Under the pieces are notes generated by a model, which did no database searches, was not told where the DNA came from, and saw only the letters and a list, made by a program, of their open reading frames with translations. Below are positions 43,075 to 57,967 of a stretch of DNA of 64,000 nt, piece by piece. Where the stretch lies: NCBI RefSeq assembly GCF_009914755.1, contig NC_060932.1, one strand, 5' to 3'. Numbering within the stretch: the stretch's first letter is position 1; each line of letters opens with the position of its first letter. The translations under genes were made by a program, and so were the position numbers. The stretch comes from the human T2T-CHM13v2.0 reference genome, Homo sapiens.

Positions 43075-44940
43075 AGAAGTGAATCAGCAAAATGTCAGAA
43101 TAAGCAGCTCCAAGCTTATATTATTATCCCACAAAAACATCAAAGAACAAATGGAAATTGTCAGAATTGACATTGTTAGAACTCTGGAAAACAGACAAAT
43201 ATGGTAACCAAACAAATTTTAATATCTCACTTTCAATAATTACTAGAACATATTGACTGAAGATCAATAGGGAGAGTGGACTTGAACAATCCTGTAAAGC
43301 AACCAGACCTAACAGACATACACAGCACTCTCTACTCAACAACAACAGAACATACATTCTTCTCAAGGACACATGACTCACTCTCCAGGGTATTACCGAG
43401 GCTAGATTAAAAACAAAATTCCACAAAAGCAAAGAGTGAAATCATACAAAGTATCTTCTCTTACTAACATAGAATGAATCTAGAAATCAACAATAGAAGA
43501 AAAATTGAAAAATTAAAAATATATATGTGTATATTAAACACACTCTAAAACAACCAATGGATCAAAAAGGAAATGATAAGAAAGTTAGAATATAATTTGA
43601 AAAGAATGAAAGCAAAACATAATCAAAAGTTTTATGATGTAGCAAAAGCAGTAATTAAAGGGAAATATATAGCTCTAAATCCTACATTAAAAAGAAGTAA
43701 GATCTCAATAACTTAACATTTTGAGCAACTAGAAAAAGAAGAAAAAATTGAGTCAAAGCTTACAGAAGAAATGAACTAGTAACGATTAGGCTGGAGATAA
43801 GTAAAATAGAGAATAACAATAGAATAACAATAGAGAGAATCAACAAAAGCAAAAGGTGATTCTTTGAAAAAAATAAAAAATGGCAATCCTTTAGTTTGAC
43901 TAATGGAAAAAAGAGAAAATATACAAATAACTAAAACTAGAGTTGAAAGTAGGGACGTTACTACTGATATTACAGAAATACAAAAGTGTATGAGAGCATA
44001 CTATGAACAATCATATGCCAAAAAACAACCTAGACGAAATGGCCAAATGCTGGAAATATATGGTTACCTAAACTGACTTAAGAAGTAACAGAAAAATATC
44101 ATTAGATCTGTAACAATTATAAGATTGAATCTGTAATCAAAAACCTCCCACCAAACAAATGTCCAGGACCAGATATCTTCCCTGGTAAAATTATATCAAA
44201 CATTTAAAAAGAATTGACACCTATCTGTCTCAAACTTTTCCAAAAAATAAAAGAGGAAAGAGCACTTCCTAACTCATTCTATGTGACCAGAATTGCCCTG
44301 ATCTTGATACTAAAGCTAGATAAATACACTGTAAGAAAAGAAAAAATACAAAGATCTCTAATGAAAGTAGATGCAAAGATTCTGAACACCATGCTGGCAA
44401 GTCAAATTCAACAGCATTAACAATGACCAAGTGGAATTTATCCAAGGATTGCAAGGGTAGCTCAACAAAAGATAATCAATGTCATACACCACATGATCAT
44501 CTCAACTGACACAGAAAAGGCATTTGACAAACTCCTATACCCTTTCATGATTAAAAACAATCAGAAAACTAGGAATAGATGACAACTTTTTTCAACATAA
44601 TCAAGAGTATTTATTAAAAAGACAAAAACAAAAACAAATGTAATATCATGTGTAATGGTGAAAATCAAAAGCTTTTCCCCTAAAATCAGATTAGAGTTTA
44701 CCAGGTACTGGAGAGAGATAGTAATGGGGACTTATTTCTTATTAGGTGCAGAGTTTTTCTGGTGTGATGAAAAGTTTTGGAAATAGATAGTAATGATGGT
44801 TGTATAACATTGTGGATATGATTAATGTTACTACTTGTGCAATTATAAATAGGTCAAATGGCACAGTTTATGTTACATATGTATTGTACCATACTAAAAT
44901 TTAAAAATGCATTCGTTATTTAAAATTAAAAAAATAAAAT
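43075..44940 (+). mobile_element. Internally deleted old L1M element (5' remnant, ORF2 piece, 3' UTR)
   Basis: ORF2-like peptide 44214-44420 (KLFQKIKEERALPNSFY...DAKILN); abrupt jump to 3' UTR near 44690. Confidence 0.8.
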
Positions 44941-45605
44941 AGGTATAAAGGGAATTTAGTAGCAATTTAAAATTTTTTGGTAAGTTTGTAGCATTCATTT
45001 TACAGAAGTTATTAAAGATTGAAATTACAAACAAGACTATATGTTTAGTCTACAGAAAATATAGTTTAGGTTGTATGTATTAGAAAAATATAACGAATAG
45101 CTATTCAATATGACTGTAGTGATACACTGTCTTACTAAAAGGTACTGATTTAAAATAAACTTCAAAACAATAGTTCAGGTTGTATGGAGATATAATAAAG
45201 ATTAAAGGATTCAACTAACACTAAGCTATCTTGTAAACAAGTAAAAATAGCTTTACAACGCATAAATGGCAGGAACCGTAATCTTTGTTTTGCATATAAA
45301 AGAAGACAATAGGTTAGTAACAGAAAATATACATTTTTGTGCCTGTGGCAATTGTTTTAATACAGTTGTTTTTAAAATAGCCCAAAATAGCAGACTTTTA
45401 ATCATTTAGAGACTGACTTATTTGAATAGCTAGAGAAACTGTGCTAGCTATGGGTTTGATAAACTCTGGGGCTATGAAGACCCAACCTACTGCTACACAT
45501 CAGAATTCTCTAACCCACAGTCTCACACCATGTTGCTGTACAACATCATTTAGATACTTTAAAGCTCCTCTCTGGATTCCACTCTCCCCTAGGAATTTCC
45601 TTGCC

Positions 45606-46528
45606 TTTTTTTTTTTTTTTAACTTTTAAGTTCAGGGATACAAGTGCAGGTTTGTTACATGGGCAAACTTATGTCATGGGGGTTTGTTTTACAGATTATT
45701 TCATTACCCAAATATTAAGCCCAGTACCAATTAGTTATTTTTCCTGATCATCTCCCTCCTACCAACCTCCATCCTCCAAAAGACCCCAGTGTGTTGTTCC
45801 CTTCTGTGTGTCTATGTGTTCTCATCATTTAGCTCCCACTTATTTGTGAGAACATGTGGCATTTGGTTTTCTGTTCGTGTGTTAGTTTGCTAAGGATCAT
45901 GCCCTCCATCCATATCCTTGCGAAGGATGTGATCTCATTCTTGTTTATAGCTGTGCAGTATTCCATGGTGTATATGTACTACATTTAAAAAAATCTAGTC
46001 TATCATTGATGGGCATTTAGGTTGATTCCATGTCTTTTCTATAAATTAAATCAAGATGGATTAAAACTTAGGTGTAAAACCCCAAATGATAAAAACCCTT
46101 GAAGACGACATAGGCAATACCATTCAGGACACGTTAAGAACAAAGATTTTATGACAAAGGCACCAAAAGCAATTGCAACAAAAGCCAAAATTGACAAATG
46201 GGATCGAATTAAACTGAAGAGCTTCTAGACAGCAAAAAGATACTACCAGATTGAACAGACAACCTAAAGAATGGGAGAACATTTTTGCAAACTCTGCATC
46301 TGACAAAGGTCTAATATCCAGCATCTATAAGGAACTTAAACAAATTTACAAGAAAAATACAAACTCCCATAAAAAAATGGGCAAAGGAGATGAACAGACA
46401 CTTTTCAAAAGACATACATGCGGCCATCAATCACATGTAAAAAAGCTCAACATCACTGATCATTAGAGAAATGCAAATCAAAACCACATGTGATATCATC
46501 TAACACCAGTCAGAATGGCTATTATTAG
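45606..46528 (-). mobile_element. Older L1PA (PA13-16-like) with 5' inversion (minus 45606-46041, plus ~46043-46528)
   Basis: Poly-T plus antisense 3' UTR, then sense ORF2 ([13 protein letters not shown]); no clear TSD. Confidence 0.88.
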
Positions 46529-46749
46529 TAATTAACCTCTGAATGGTGTGATGCTAGAAGGAAGCTCCCCTGCATCCAAACCAGCCAAATAAAGGTGCCA
46601 AATAAAGGTGGTTTATGTTACTGCCTCTGTGTGATTATATATTTTCCTTTTTCAGCACAGGTCCCATGAATCCACTACAGTATTTACTATCATATAGGAG
46701 TAGCATAGAGCTGTATTATTTTGTAAAAACAAACATACCATCCAAAATG

Positions 46750-47980
46750 AAAGGAGAAGTTGATCTCGATTTTTCATGTAGAAACGGCATGTGCAGAAGT
46801 ACAGTGGCAAGAAAGAACTTGGCATTTTTGAGGGTTTTAGAAGTGGCTAATGTAACTGTAGTATAGTGTAAGCGGGAGAGTAGCATAAAATGGAGGTGGA
46901 AAGATTGGCAAGGCCATATTGTTTAAGGCCTAATATACTATGATAACAGGTTGCGCTTATTTTATGTGCAATAGAAAGGCATTGAAGATTTTAGTTTTTT
47001 TTTCAAATTTATGTATGTATTTATTTAAATTGACAGATAAAATAGTACATATTTATAGTATGCAATTTGATGTTTTTAAGTATATGCCTATATACTATAA
47101 ACAGTTTAAATCTATTAATTAACATATGCATTATTTCACATAGTCGTTTTTGTAGTAAGAATGCTTAACAACCAGTCTCAGCATTTTTCAAGAATACAGC
47201 ATATCCTCATTAACTACAGTCACCATGCTATACAGTGGACCTTTTAAACTTATTCCTCCAATGTAACTTGAATTTTATATCCTTTAACCAATATCTCCCC
47301 AATAGCCATATCCTTCTTCCTCACAACAGCCCCAGTCTCTGATAACCACCATTCTATTCTTTATTTCTGAGATCAAATTTTTACATTCCACATATGAGAG
47401 AGATGATGCTATATTTGTGTTTTTTTTACTCAACAATGTTAAAATATTTTATGCAATTTTAAATGTATAATATATTTTTTATTTATACTAAATAAGTAGA
47501 AACATGCTTAGAAAAATTTAAGTAGACACATGCTTAGAAAAAAGACAAGATTGTTTTTTATTTCTTTAAACTTTTCTGTGAGTTTGGCTGATATAAGAAT
47601 AGAAGGGAGAGAGTGAAGCATGGAGTTAGGAAGATGTGTTAACAAGCTGCAGCATTATCCAGAGAGAGAGGGAGGTGACTTGGATGAGATGGCTGCAGTG
47701 AGCATGGAGACACATGCCAGGACTTGAGATACATTGTGCAGGTAGGGACGTCATGCTTGCTGCTAGTTTAGATGTTGGATTTGATAAAGAGAGTTTCCGA
47801 CCTGAGCAACTGTGTGGGTGGTGTTGCCATGTTCACAAATGGGAAAGAATGTGACACCTACATGTTTTAGTTAGTTCTATTTTTAATGTGTTAGGGTTAT
47901 AGTGTCTTTGAAACATTCAAGTGGTGATATCAAGAAGTCAGCTAAATGTAAGAACTGGGAATCTGTAGAGAGTTTATATA
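46750..47980 (-). mobile_element. L2 fragments flanking an L1MA 3' end
   Basis: L2-like motifs 'ggcatgtgcagaagtacagtggcaagaaagaacttggca' and 'cctgagcaactg'. Confidence 0.55.
47010..47422 (-). mobile_element. L1MA-type 3' UTR fragment
   Basis: 'ttaactacagtcaccatgctatac', 'ctctgataaccaccattct'. Confidence 0.8.
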
Positions 47981-49070
47981 AATAAGAGATTCTTCAGAGT
48001 TTACAAAATAAGCCTTGATGGTCAGTCCCAAATAAATGTAAAATTACAATTTTAGGTGGATAAATAAGTGGAGAAGGCATAAACAGTGGTTATGGTCAGA
48101 CTGTTAAAGTATTTGATTCTAAGATAAAGAGCTGGAATTTCAATTGGGAGGTGATGGAAGTTATTGAATTATCTGTGTAGGAACTGCCATATAAAATCAG
48201 TGATTAATGAGTATTAACCTAGAGGTGGTATGGTGGATGGGATGAAAAGAAAACTGAAGTGAGGAATATGAAATCGAAAGCCATTCCAGCACTATCAAAT
48301 TATCACTTGTTTTTAAAAACCACTACCAAGTACATGTGAGAATAAAGTAAAATGTACATGACTGCTCAGCATGGATATTACTGCAAAATCTTAGGACATT
48401 AATTTACTTATAAAACTATGATGTATAAACTCATTCTATATGTGTCAGAAATATCAATTGAAGGCATTTATATTAAGGGGGAAAGTTATTCACAGAACAC
48501 CCAAACACAAAAAAATTCTTATACACAATCATTGTAATACTCTTTACACAATAAAAAACAGAGTAAGTTGTTAAATAGATTCTAACATTTTAGCATAAAA
48601 TAATGCTATAAAACCATTGAAACAATATTTATGCAATTATTTCATGAGGAAAATGCCATAATTAAATTGCTAAGATGGCAGATTATATAATTTTTTGTAA
48701 AAACTAAACTATATGCGTAGAAAATAAATCTACATTTTTCATTGTTCAAATAGTAAACATGGAGAAAAAAAGACACTTCTAAAAAAGAAAAGCAATTGCA
48801 GACAATAGGCTTAAAAGGATGAATCAGTATGTAGATTAAATGAAAATATAAGATTAAATTTGCATAGGAATAATCATTAAAATTTACAACATTTACTGAG
48901 TACTTGCTAGGGCTGATATTTTGTTATGCACTTTAAAATATATTTTGCTATTTAATCCTTACAATAAACTTAATATGTTAAGGCCAATATTATATCCATT
49001 GTGCAAATAAAAGAGTTTTATTACAATATTTCCTTTTTAGTAATTTTTATGTCAAGATTCAGACCTGAGC

Positions 49071-52000
49071 GTGAGAGCAAGGTGGCCAAATAGAAGCCTT
49101 TACTTGTCACCAGCAAGGAAACCAATTTGACAACTACCTACACACAAAAAAGCACATTCATAAGATGAAAAATCAGGTGAGCACTAACAGTATCTGATTT
49201 TAATGTCATATCACTGAAAGAGGCACTAAGGAGGGTAGGAGACAGGGTTGAATCGTCAACACTACCCCTTCCCCATCACCTGGCAGTAGCTGCACAGCAC
49301 AGAGAGAGAATCTGTGCACTTGAGAGAGGGAGAATGTGGCAATTGTGAGATATTGCATTGAACTCAGCAGTGCCCTGTCATAGCAGAAAGCAAAACCAGG
49401 CTGAACTCACCTGCTGCCAACCCACAGAGGGAGTACTTAAACCAGCTCTAGCCAGAGGAGAAATTTCTCATTCTGGAGATCAGAACTTGAGTTCCAGCAA
49501 GCACTTGACACAGACTAAAGTGCTCTTGGGTCCTAAATAAACTTGGAAGGCAGTCTAGGCAACAAGGACTGAAATTCCTAGGTGAGTACAAGTGCTGAAC
49601 TGAGCTCAGAGCCAGTGAGCCAGGTGGACATGTGACCAACTGAAACTCTAGCCAGGGGAACTAAGGAAGCACTTGTGCTACCCCTTCCCAACCTCAGGCT
49701 GCCCAGTGCATAGCTCCAAAAAAGACACCTTCCTTCCACTTGAGGACGGAGAGAGAAGAGTAATAAGAACTTGTATCTTGAATACCAGCTCAGCTACAGT
49801 ACAATAGGGCACCAGTCAGAGTCATGTGCCCTCCTTTTTGGCAACCAGCTCCCAGATGACATTTCTAGACACATCCAGACCAAAGGGAAACCTGCAGCCT
49901 TGAAGGGAAGGACTCAGTCCTGGGAGGATTCATTACTTGCTGAGTGAAGGGCCCTTGGGCACCAAATAACTATCAGCAATACCCAGGTAGTACACTGTGG
50001 GCCTTGGGATCTGAGACATGCTAACTTTAGGTGTGGCTCAGCAAACTCCTGGCTGTGGTGACTATGGTGAAAGACTCCCTCTGATTAAGAAAAGCAGATG
50101 TTAAAATAAAGGGGACTTTGTTTTGCACCTTACATGCCAGGTCGACCATAGTGGGGGAGCAATAAGCAGTCTCTTGGAGTCTTTGAGTCCAGGGCTAGGC
50201 TCTTAGACAACATTTCTGAAAACTGCTCTGGTAAAGCAGTAAAGCCCACTTTCCTGAATTTGGAGTCCCAGGCCTGGCAGCATTCACTACAAGCAGACTG
50301 AAGAGCTCTTGGGCTTAAAGTGAACATCAGTGGTGGCCTGGCAGAACACCCTGTGGGCTGGTGCTGTTGGTGCCACTGGTGCTGTTGTGGAAAGGAGAGG
50401 GAAGAGTAAGAAGACTTTGTATTGTGGTGTGCATTCCAGCTTAGAATAAAATATCAAATAAAATTTTAATGTATTTGACTCCAATCTCTGTTTCCCAGAC
50501 AGAATCTCTGGACTTGAACAGGGCCAGGGGAACACATCACCCTGAAGGAAAGAACACAGAATGGATGCCTTTGCCACTTGTTGATTATAGAGCCCTAGGG
50601 CCTTTAGTGAACATAGGTGGTAGCCAGGTAGTGGTTATGGTGGGCATTGGGCAACAGCCGGTGCTGTGGCTTTAGGTCTGACCCAGTGCAGCCCCAGTGG
50701 TGGTGGCTATACGGTGCTTGCATCACCACACACTCAGGTCCAGGTGGATGAGCACAAGGAGAGGAACTCTGTTTGTTTAGGAGAAAGTATGAGAAAAGAA
50801 CAAGAATCTCTGTCTAGTAATCTACAGAATTCTTTCAGATCTTACCCAATACCACCAAGGTGGTACCTCTGTGAATCTGAAAAAAACGCAGTGTTACTAG
50901 GCCTGGGGCCCAAGTCCCTTCAAATACCTGAAAATCCTTCTCAAGAAAGACAGGCACAAAAAAGCCCAGACTGTGAAGGCTACAATAAATACCCAATTCT
51001 TAAATGCCCAGACACCAATGGGCATCTACAGTCATATAGATCATCAAGGAAACCATGATCTCACCAAACACACTAAGACACGAGGGGCTGATCCTAGAGA
51101 AACAGAGATATGTGACCTTATAGTTACAGAAATCAAAATAGCTGTGTTGAGGAAATTCAGAAAAATTCAAGATAACACAGAGAAGAAATTCAGAATTCTG
51201 TCAGATAAATTCATCAAATGGATCAAAATAAGAAGAATCAAGCAGAAATTCTAGAGTTGAAAATGTAATTGACATATTCAAGAATGCATCAGAGTTTTTA
51301 ATAGCAGAATTGATCAAGGAAAATAAAGAATTAGTGAGCTTGAACACAGGCTATTTGAAAATATACAATCAGAAGAGACAAAAGAAAAAATAATAAAAAA
51401 AAAGAAGCACACCAATAAGATCCAGAAGATGGCCTGAAAAGGGCAAATCCAAGAGTCATTCAACTTAAATAGGAGGAAGAGAAAGAGATAGGGGTAGATA
51501 GTTTATTCAAAGGGATAATAACAGAGAACTTCCCAAACCTAGGAAAAGATATCAACATTCAAGTATGAGAAGGCTATAGAACACCAAGCAGATGTAACCC
51601 AAATAAAACTACCTCAAAACACTATTTAATACTTAATAATTAAACTCCGAAAGCTCAAGGATGAAGGATCTGAAAAGCAGCATGAGAAAAAATAAATAAC
51701 ATACAGTGGAGATCCAATACATCTGGCAGCAGACTTTTCAGTAGAAACCATACAGGCCATGAGAGAGGGGTGTGACTTATTTAAAGTGCCAAAAAGGTGG
51801 GGGAGGACAATTTTACCCTAGAATGTAGATCCAACAAAAATACCCTTCAAGAATGAAGGAAAAATGAAGGCCTTTCCAGACAGACTAAAGCTGAGGGATT
51901 TCATCACCATTAGAGCTATCCTACAAGAAATGCTAGGGATTTTTCAATGTGAAAGTAAAGGATGTTAATGAGCAAGGAGAAATAATCTGAAGGTACCAAA

Positions 52001-55000
52001 CTCATGGTAATGGTAAGCACACAGAGAAACATGGAATATTATAACATTATAATTGTGGTGTGTAAACTATGCTTATTGTAACTATAAAGACTAAATAATG
52101 AACCAATCAAAACTAATAACTACAACAACTTTTCAAGACAGTACAATAAGATATAAAGAGAAAAAACAAGTTTAAAAGTGGAAGGATGAAATTGCACTGT
52201 AGTTTTTAGTAGTTTTTTTGTGTTTTTTAATGCATATTAGTGTTAATTTGTTACCAGTTTAAAATCATGGGTTACAATATAATATTTGCAAGCCTCATGG
52301 TAACCTCAAATAAAAAAAAACCTACAACAGGTACAGAAAAAGTATAAACCAAGAAATTAAAACATACCACCAGAGAAAAATCACCTTCACCAAAATGAAG
52401 ACAGGAAGAAAGGAAAGCAGGAAGAGAAAACCACAAAATAAGCAGAAAAAATAACAAAAGGGCAAGAGTAAGTCCCTACCCATCAATTATAACATTGAAT
52501 ATAAATGGACTAAATTTTCTAATCAAAATACATAGAGTGGTTCAATGGATGAAGACACCAGACCCAATTATCTCTTGTCTGCAGGAAACACACTTCACCT
52601 ATAAAGATACACGTAAACTGAAAATAAAAGGATAGAAAAAATATTTCATGCCAGTGGAAATCAAGAAAGAGCAGGAGTAGCTCTACTTATATCAGACAAA
52701 ATGATTTCAAAACAAATACCATAAGACGCACCAAAGAACGCCATTATATAATGATAATGAGGTCAATTTAGCAAGAGGATATGATTGTAAATATGTATGC
52801 ACTCAATCCTGGAGCACCAGATATTAATATATAAAGCAAATATTATTAGAGCTAAAGAGTGATAGACCCCAATACAATATTAGCTGATGACTTTACACCC
52901 TACTTTCAGCATTGAACAGATATTCCAGACAGATCATCAATGAAGAAATATCAAACTTAATCTGCACAATAGACCAAATAAACTTAATAGATACTCATAG
53001 AACATTTCATCCAATGGCTGCAGAATATATATTCTTTTCCTCAGTAAGTGGATCATTCTCAACAACAGAACATATGTTAAGTCACAAAACAAGTTTTAAA
53101 ATATTCAAAAAATAAAATGGAATAAAACTGGAAATTAATAACGACGAATTTTTACAACTATACAAGTACAGTAAATTTAAACCATATACTCCTGAATGAC
53201 CAGTGGATCAATGAAGAAATTAAGAAGCAAGTTGAAAAATTTCTTAAAACCAATGATAACAGAAAACACAACATATCAAACCTGTGGTATTCAGCAAAAG
53301 TGGTACTCAGAGGGAAGCTTATGGCTATAAGTGCCTACATCAAAAATGACAATAATTTCAAATAAATAATCTAATTATGTGTCTTAACTAGAAAAGCAAG
53401 AGCATCCCAACCCAAAATTAGTAGAAGAAATAAATAATAAAGATCAGAGCAGAAATAAATGAACTGAAGAAAACAATACAAAAGATCAATGAAACAAAAA
53501 GTTATTTTTTAAAAAGTTAAACAAAATTGACAAACCTTTTGCCAGACTAAGAAATAAAAAGGAGAGAGAGAAGGTACAGATTAAATAAAACTGGGGAAAA
53601 AATGAGACATTACAACTGATAATGCAGAAGTTCAAAGGATCACTAGAGGCTACTATGAGCAACTATATGCCAATAAGTTGTAAAACCTAGAAATAGACAA
53701 ATTCCTAGAAGTATATAACCCTCCAAGATTCAACCATGAAGAAACATGAAACCCGAACAGACCAATAACAAGTAAAGAGATAGCAGCCATAATAAAATGT
53801 CTTCCACTAAAGAAAAGCCTTGGACCCAATGACTTCACTGATGAATTCTACTAAATATTTAAAGAAAAAATAATGCCAATCCTACTCCAACTATTCTGAA
53901 AAATAGTGGAGGATGGTACACTTCCAAACATATTCTATGAGTCCAGTATTCTCACACTAATACCAAAAACACACAAAGACACACCAATTTAAAAAGAAAC
54001 AACAAACTATAGGCCAATACCACTGATGAATAATGACATAAAAATTCTCAACAAAATACTAGTAAAATAAATTCAACAATACATTAAAAAGATTATTTAC
54101 CATGCCCAATTGGGATTTATCTCAGGGATGCCAGGGTACATTAGCATCTGCAGATCAAGTAATGTGATACATCATATCAACAGAATGAGACAGAAATCAT
54201 ATGATCATTTCCATTAATGCTGAAAAAAGCCTTTGATAAAATTCAACGTACCTTTATAATTAAAAACAAAGAATACTGAGTATTTATTGAAGGAACGTAC
54301 CTCAACATAGTAAAAGCCACATACAGCAGACACAAAGCTAGTATTATTCTGAATACAGAAAAACTTAAAACATTTCCTATAAATTGAGGAACACAATAAG
54401 TATGCTTACTTTCACCTCTATTGTTCAATATAGTACTGGAAGTCCTAGCTAGAGCAACCAGACAAGAGAAAGAAATAAAGGGCATCTGAATTGGAAAGCA
54501 AAAAGTCAAATTATCCTTGTCTGCAGATGATATGATCTTATATTTGGAGAAACCTAAAGGCTGCACCAAAAAACTATTAGAACTAATAAACAAATTCAGT
54601 AAAGTTGCAGGATACAACATCAACATACAAAAATCAATAGCACATGTATTTGATAACAGAAAACAATCTGAACTAGAAAGCAAGAAAGTAATCCTATTTA
54701 TAATAGCTACAAATTAAATTAAATACCTAGGAAATAATTTAATCAAAAAGTCAAAGATCTCTACAATGAAAACTATAAAACATTGATGCAAGAAATAGAA
54801 GACACCAAAATGGAAAGATATTTCATGTTCATGGATTGGAAGAATCAATATTGTTAAAATGTCCGTACTACCTCAAGCAATCTACAAATTCAATGCAATT
54901 CCTGTCAGAATACCAATGACATTCTTCACAGAAATAGAAGAAACAATCTTAAAATTTATATGGAACCACTAAAAACCCAAAATAGCCAAAGCTATCCTGA

Positions 55001-57050
55001 GCAAAAAGAACAAAACTGGAGGCATTGTATTACTAGACTTTAAATTATAATAAAGAGCTATAGTAACCAAAATAGTATGGTACTGGCATAGAAATAGACA
55101 CATATGTCAGTGGAACAGAATAGAGAACCCATAGATAAACCCATACACCTACAGTGAACTCATTTTTGACAAAGGCATTGACAACATACATTGGGGAAAG
55201 GAGACTGGTCAATAAATTGTGCTGGGAAAACTGGATATTCACATGCAAAAGAATGAAAGCTGACGCCTATCTCTCACCATACACAAAAATAAAATAAAAA
55301 TTTATTTAATACTTAAGTCTGTGATCTCAAACGATGAAACTGATAGAAGAAAACATAGGGGAAACTCTCCAGGATATTGGACTATGCAAAGATTTATTGA
55401 GTAATACCCTCTCTGCACAGGCAATCAAAGCAAAAATGAACAAATAGGATCACATTAAGTTGAAAAACTTTTGCACAGTGTATTAGTCTGTTCTCATTCT
55501 GCTAATAATGACATACTCAAGACTGGGTAATTTATAAAGGAAAGTGACTTAATTGACACACAGTTCCACATGGCTGGGGAGGCCTCACAATTATGGCAGA
55601 AGGCAAATGAGGAGCAACGGCACGTCTTATATAGCAGCAGGCAAGAGAGTGTGTGCAGAAGAACTGCCTTTATAAAACCATCAGATCTTATGAGACTTAT
55701 TCACTATCATGAGAACAGCACAGAGAAAAACCTGGCCTCATGATTCAATTACTTCACACTGGGTCCCTCCCATGACATGGGATTATGGGAGTTACAATTC
55801 AAGATGAGATTTGGGTGGGTACACAGCAAAACCATATCACAGAGCAAGGGCAATACTCAACAAAGTAAAGAGACCCCCCACAGAATGGGAGGACATACTT
55901 GCAAACTACCCATCTGACAAAGGATTAATAACCAGAATATATAAGGAGCTCAAACAATTATATAGAAAAAAATCTAAAAATCTTATAAACAAATGGGCAA
56001 AATATTTGAATAGACATTTCTCAAAGCAAGACATACAAATGACCAGTAGGTATATGAAAAGGTGCTCAACATCCTTGGTCATCAGAAAAATGCAAATTAA
56101 AACTACAATGAGACACCCTCTTGCCACAGTTAGAATGACTTAAATCCAACAGTCAGGCAATAACAAATGGTAGCAAGGATGTGGAGAAAAGGGAAACCTC
56201 ATACACTGTTGGTGGGAATGTTAATTAGTACAATCACTATGGAGAACAGTTTGGAGGTTCCTCAAAATACTAAAAATAGAGCTAAATATGATCTCACTAT
56301 ACCACTCCTATGTATATACCCAAAGAAAAGGAAATCAGTTTATCAAAGAGCTATCTGCACTCCCATGTTCATTGCAGCACTATTCACAATAGCCAGGAAT
56401 TGGAAGCAACCTACATGTCCATCAACAGATGAATGGACAAAGAAAATGTACCTATGCACAATGGAGCACAATTCAGCTATAATGAAAAATGATATCTTGT
56501 TATTTGCAATAGTTTGGATTAGCTGGAGGTTAATGTTAAGTGAAATAGGTCAGACACAGAAAGACATATGTTGCATGTTCTCACTTAGTTCTGGAAGCTA
56601 AAACTTAAAATAACTGGACTCATGGAGATAGAGAGTAGAAGGATGATTACCAGAGGTTGAGAAAGGTAGTAGGGGTGGGAGTGTGGGGAGAAAGCAGGGA
56701 TGGTTAATGGGTACAAAAAATAGTTAGAGAGAATGAATCAGAGCTACTATTTGCTAGCACAACAGGGAGAATATAGTCAAATATAAATTAATTTTACATT
56801 TAAAAATAACTAAATGAATATAATTGGATTTTTGTAACACATAGGATAAGTACTTGAGGTGATGAATACGCCAGTTAGTGTTATGTGATTATTATGCATT
56901 ACATGCCTGTATCAAAATATTGTATGTAACCCATTAATATATATATACATTTTTAATTATTAAAACACACATATGTATGTTTTTAATTATTTGTGAGTAC
57001 CTGCTAGCTACTCACAAATAAATAACAGTTTTAAAAAGAGTATTTTAAAG
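49071..57050 (+). mobile_element. Full-length old L1MA (L1MA1/2-like): ~1.9-kb 5' UTR, decayed ORF1 (~51000-51970), decayed ORF2 (~52450-56600), 3' UTR
   Basis: ORF1p-like, EN-like and RT (SADDMILYLEKPK) fragments in order; inserted in a MIR; degenerate TSD aagattcagacctg/aagatttagatccg. Confidence 0.92.
55479..55839 (-). mobile_element. THE1C/D-like solo LTR nested in L1 ORF2
   Basis: tgtattagt...accatatca termini; TSD cacag/cagag. Confidence 0.93.
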
Positions 57051-57669
57051 AAAGATTTAGATCCGTGTCTGTGTAACTCAAAACCACTGCATAATAATTT
57101 GGGAAGCTATGAAAAGGATAATGTTGAAGTTACTGGCTTAGGTAAAATCACTAAGCTGAGAATGTCAAAAAGAGTTGTGAAACGATCATAATTCAAGCAA
57201 GGGAGAGAGAAGGCATTCATTGTTAACGCATGCTTGCTTGCAAACTGATCCCATTGTCCCCCTGTGTGGGTGTTCTGCTTGAATCAAATTATAACATCTC
57301 TGACACATTCCTCTCAACATCAGCTCCATCCTTTTCCACTTGTGGTTTCCTCCTGCTGACATGTATTTTTACTCTGGGAACGTATTTAAATTCTAACACC
57401 CCTCTCACCCCCACATTGAAGATTTTCCAGAAAACTCACACCTCACACTTGGCTTGACTTTGTTCAGTGTTCTTATGAGGCTGTGATGTAAAGTTAATAT
57501 AGTTAAGACAGTTCTAGCTTAGACATGTATCGATTTCTAATATTATTGAGCAGTTAGTTAGCTTAAGCATTTCATGAAATTGAAGGAGAATATTCACTTG
57601 CCTAAACAGTTGAAACTCTTTAAGGACTCCAAGTATTCAATTGCCATGAGGGAGCTAGAGAAAAAAAAA

Positions 57670-57674
<5 letters not shown>

Positions 57675-57707
<33 letters not shown>
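57675..57707. repeat. (TG)n microsatellite
   Basis: Directly visible. Confidence 0.95.
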
Positions 57708-57710
<3 letters not shown>

Positions 57711-57744
57711 AAATGTGTGTATGTGTGTATACATGTATACACTA

Positions 57745-57967
57745 TTCTTAGAATTGTGGGTACATGTGTAAACCAAATAATAGAAATCCCCTGTCATGAA
57801 AATGATTGCATTCTAATTGGGGAAACATGAAATATAATAGTATTCCCCTGGTTCTGGACAGCATAAAAATCAAATTTTTGGTTAGGATAAGACATGAAAA
57901 CAAGAAAATTTATGAATACTGGATTGTTATCTGATTTATTCCTTCCCTCTCCTTTTTTTTACCGACA
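57745..57967 (+). repeat. Copy 1 of a ~220-bp local direct duplication
   Basis: Aligns with 59524-59908; shares 'gtattcccctggttctggacagcataaaaatcaa' exactly. Confidence 0.92.

Noticed and set aside
46584-46611. 13-bp tandem duplication gccaaataaaggt
   Set aside because: Ordinary slippage duplication
49071-57050. Potentially active L1
   Set aside because: Many stops and frameshifts plus an LTR insertion in ORF2
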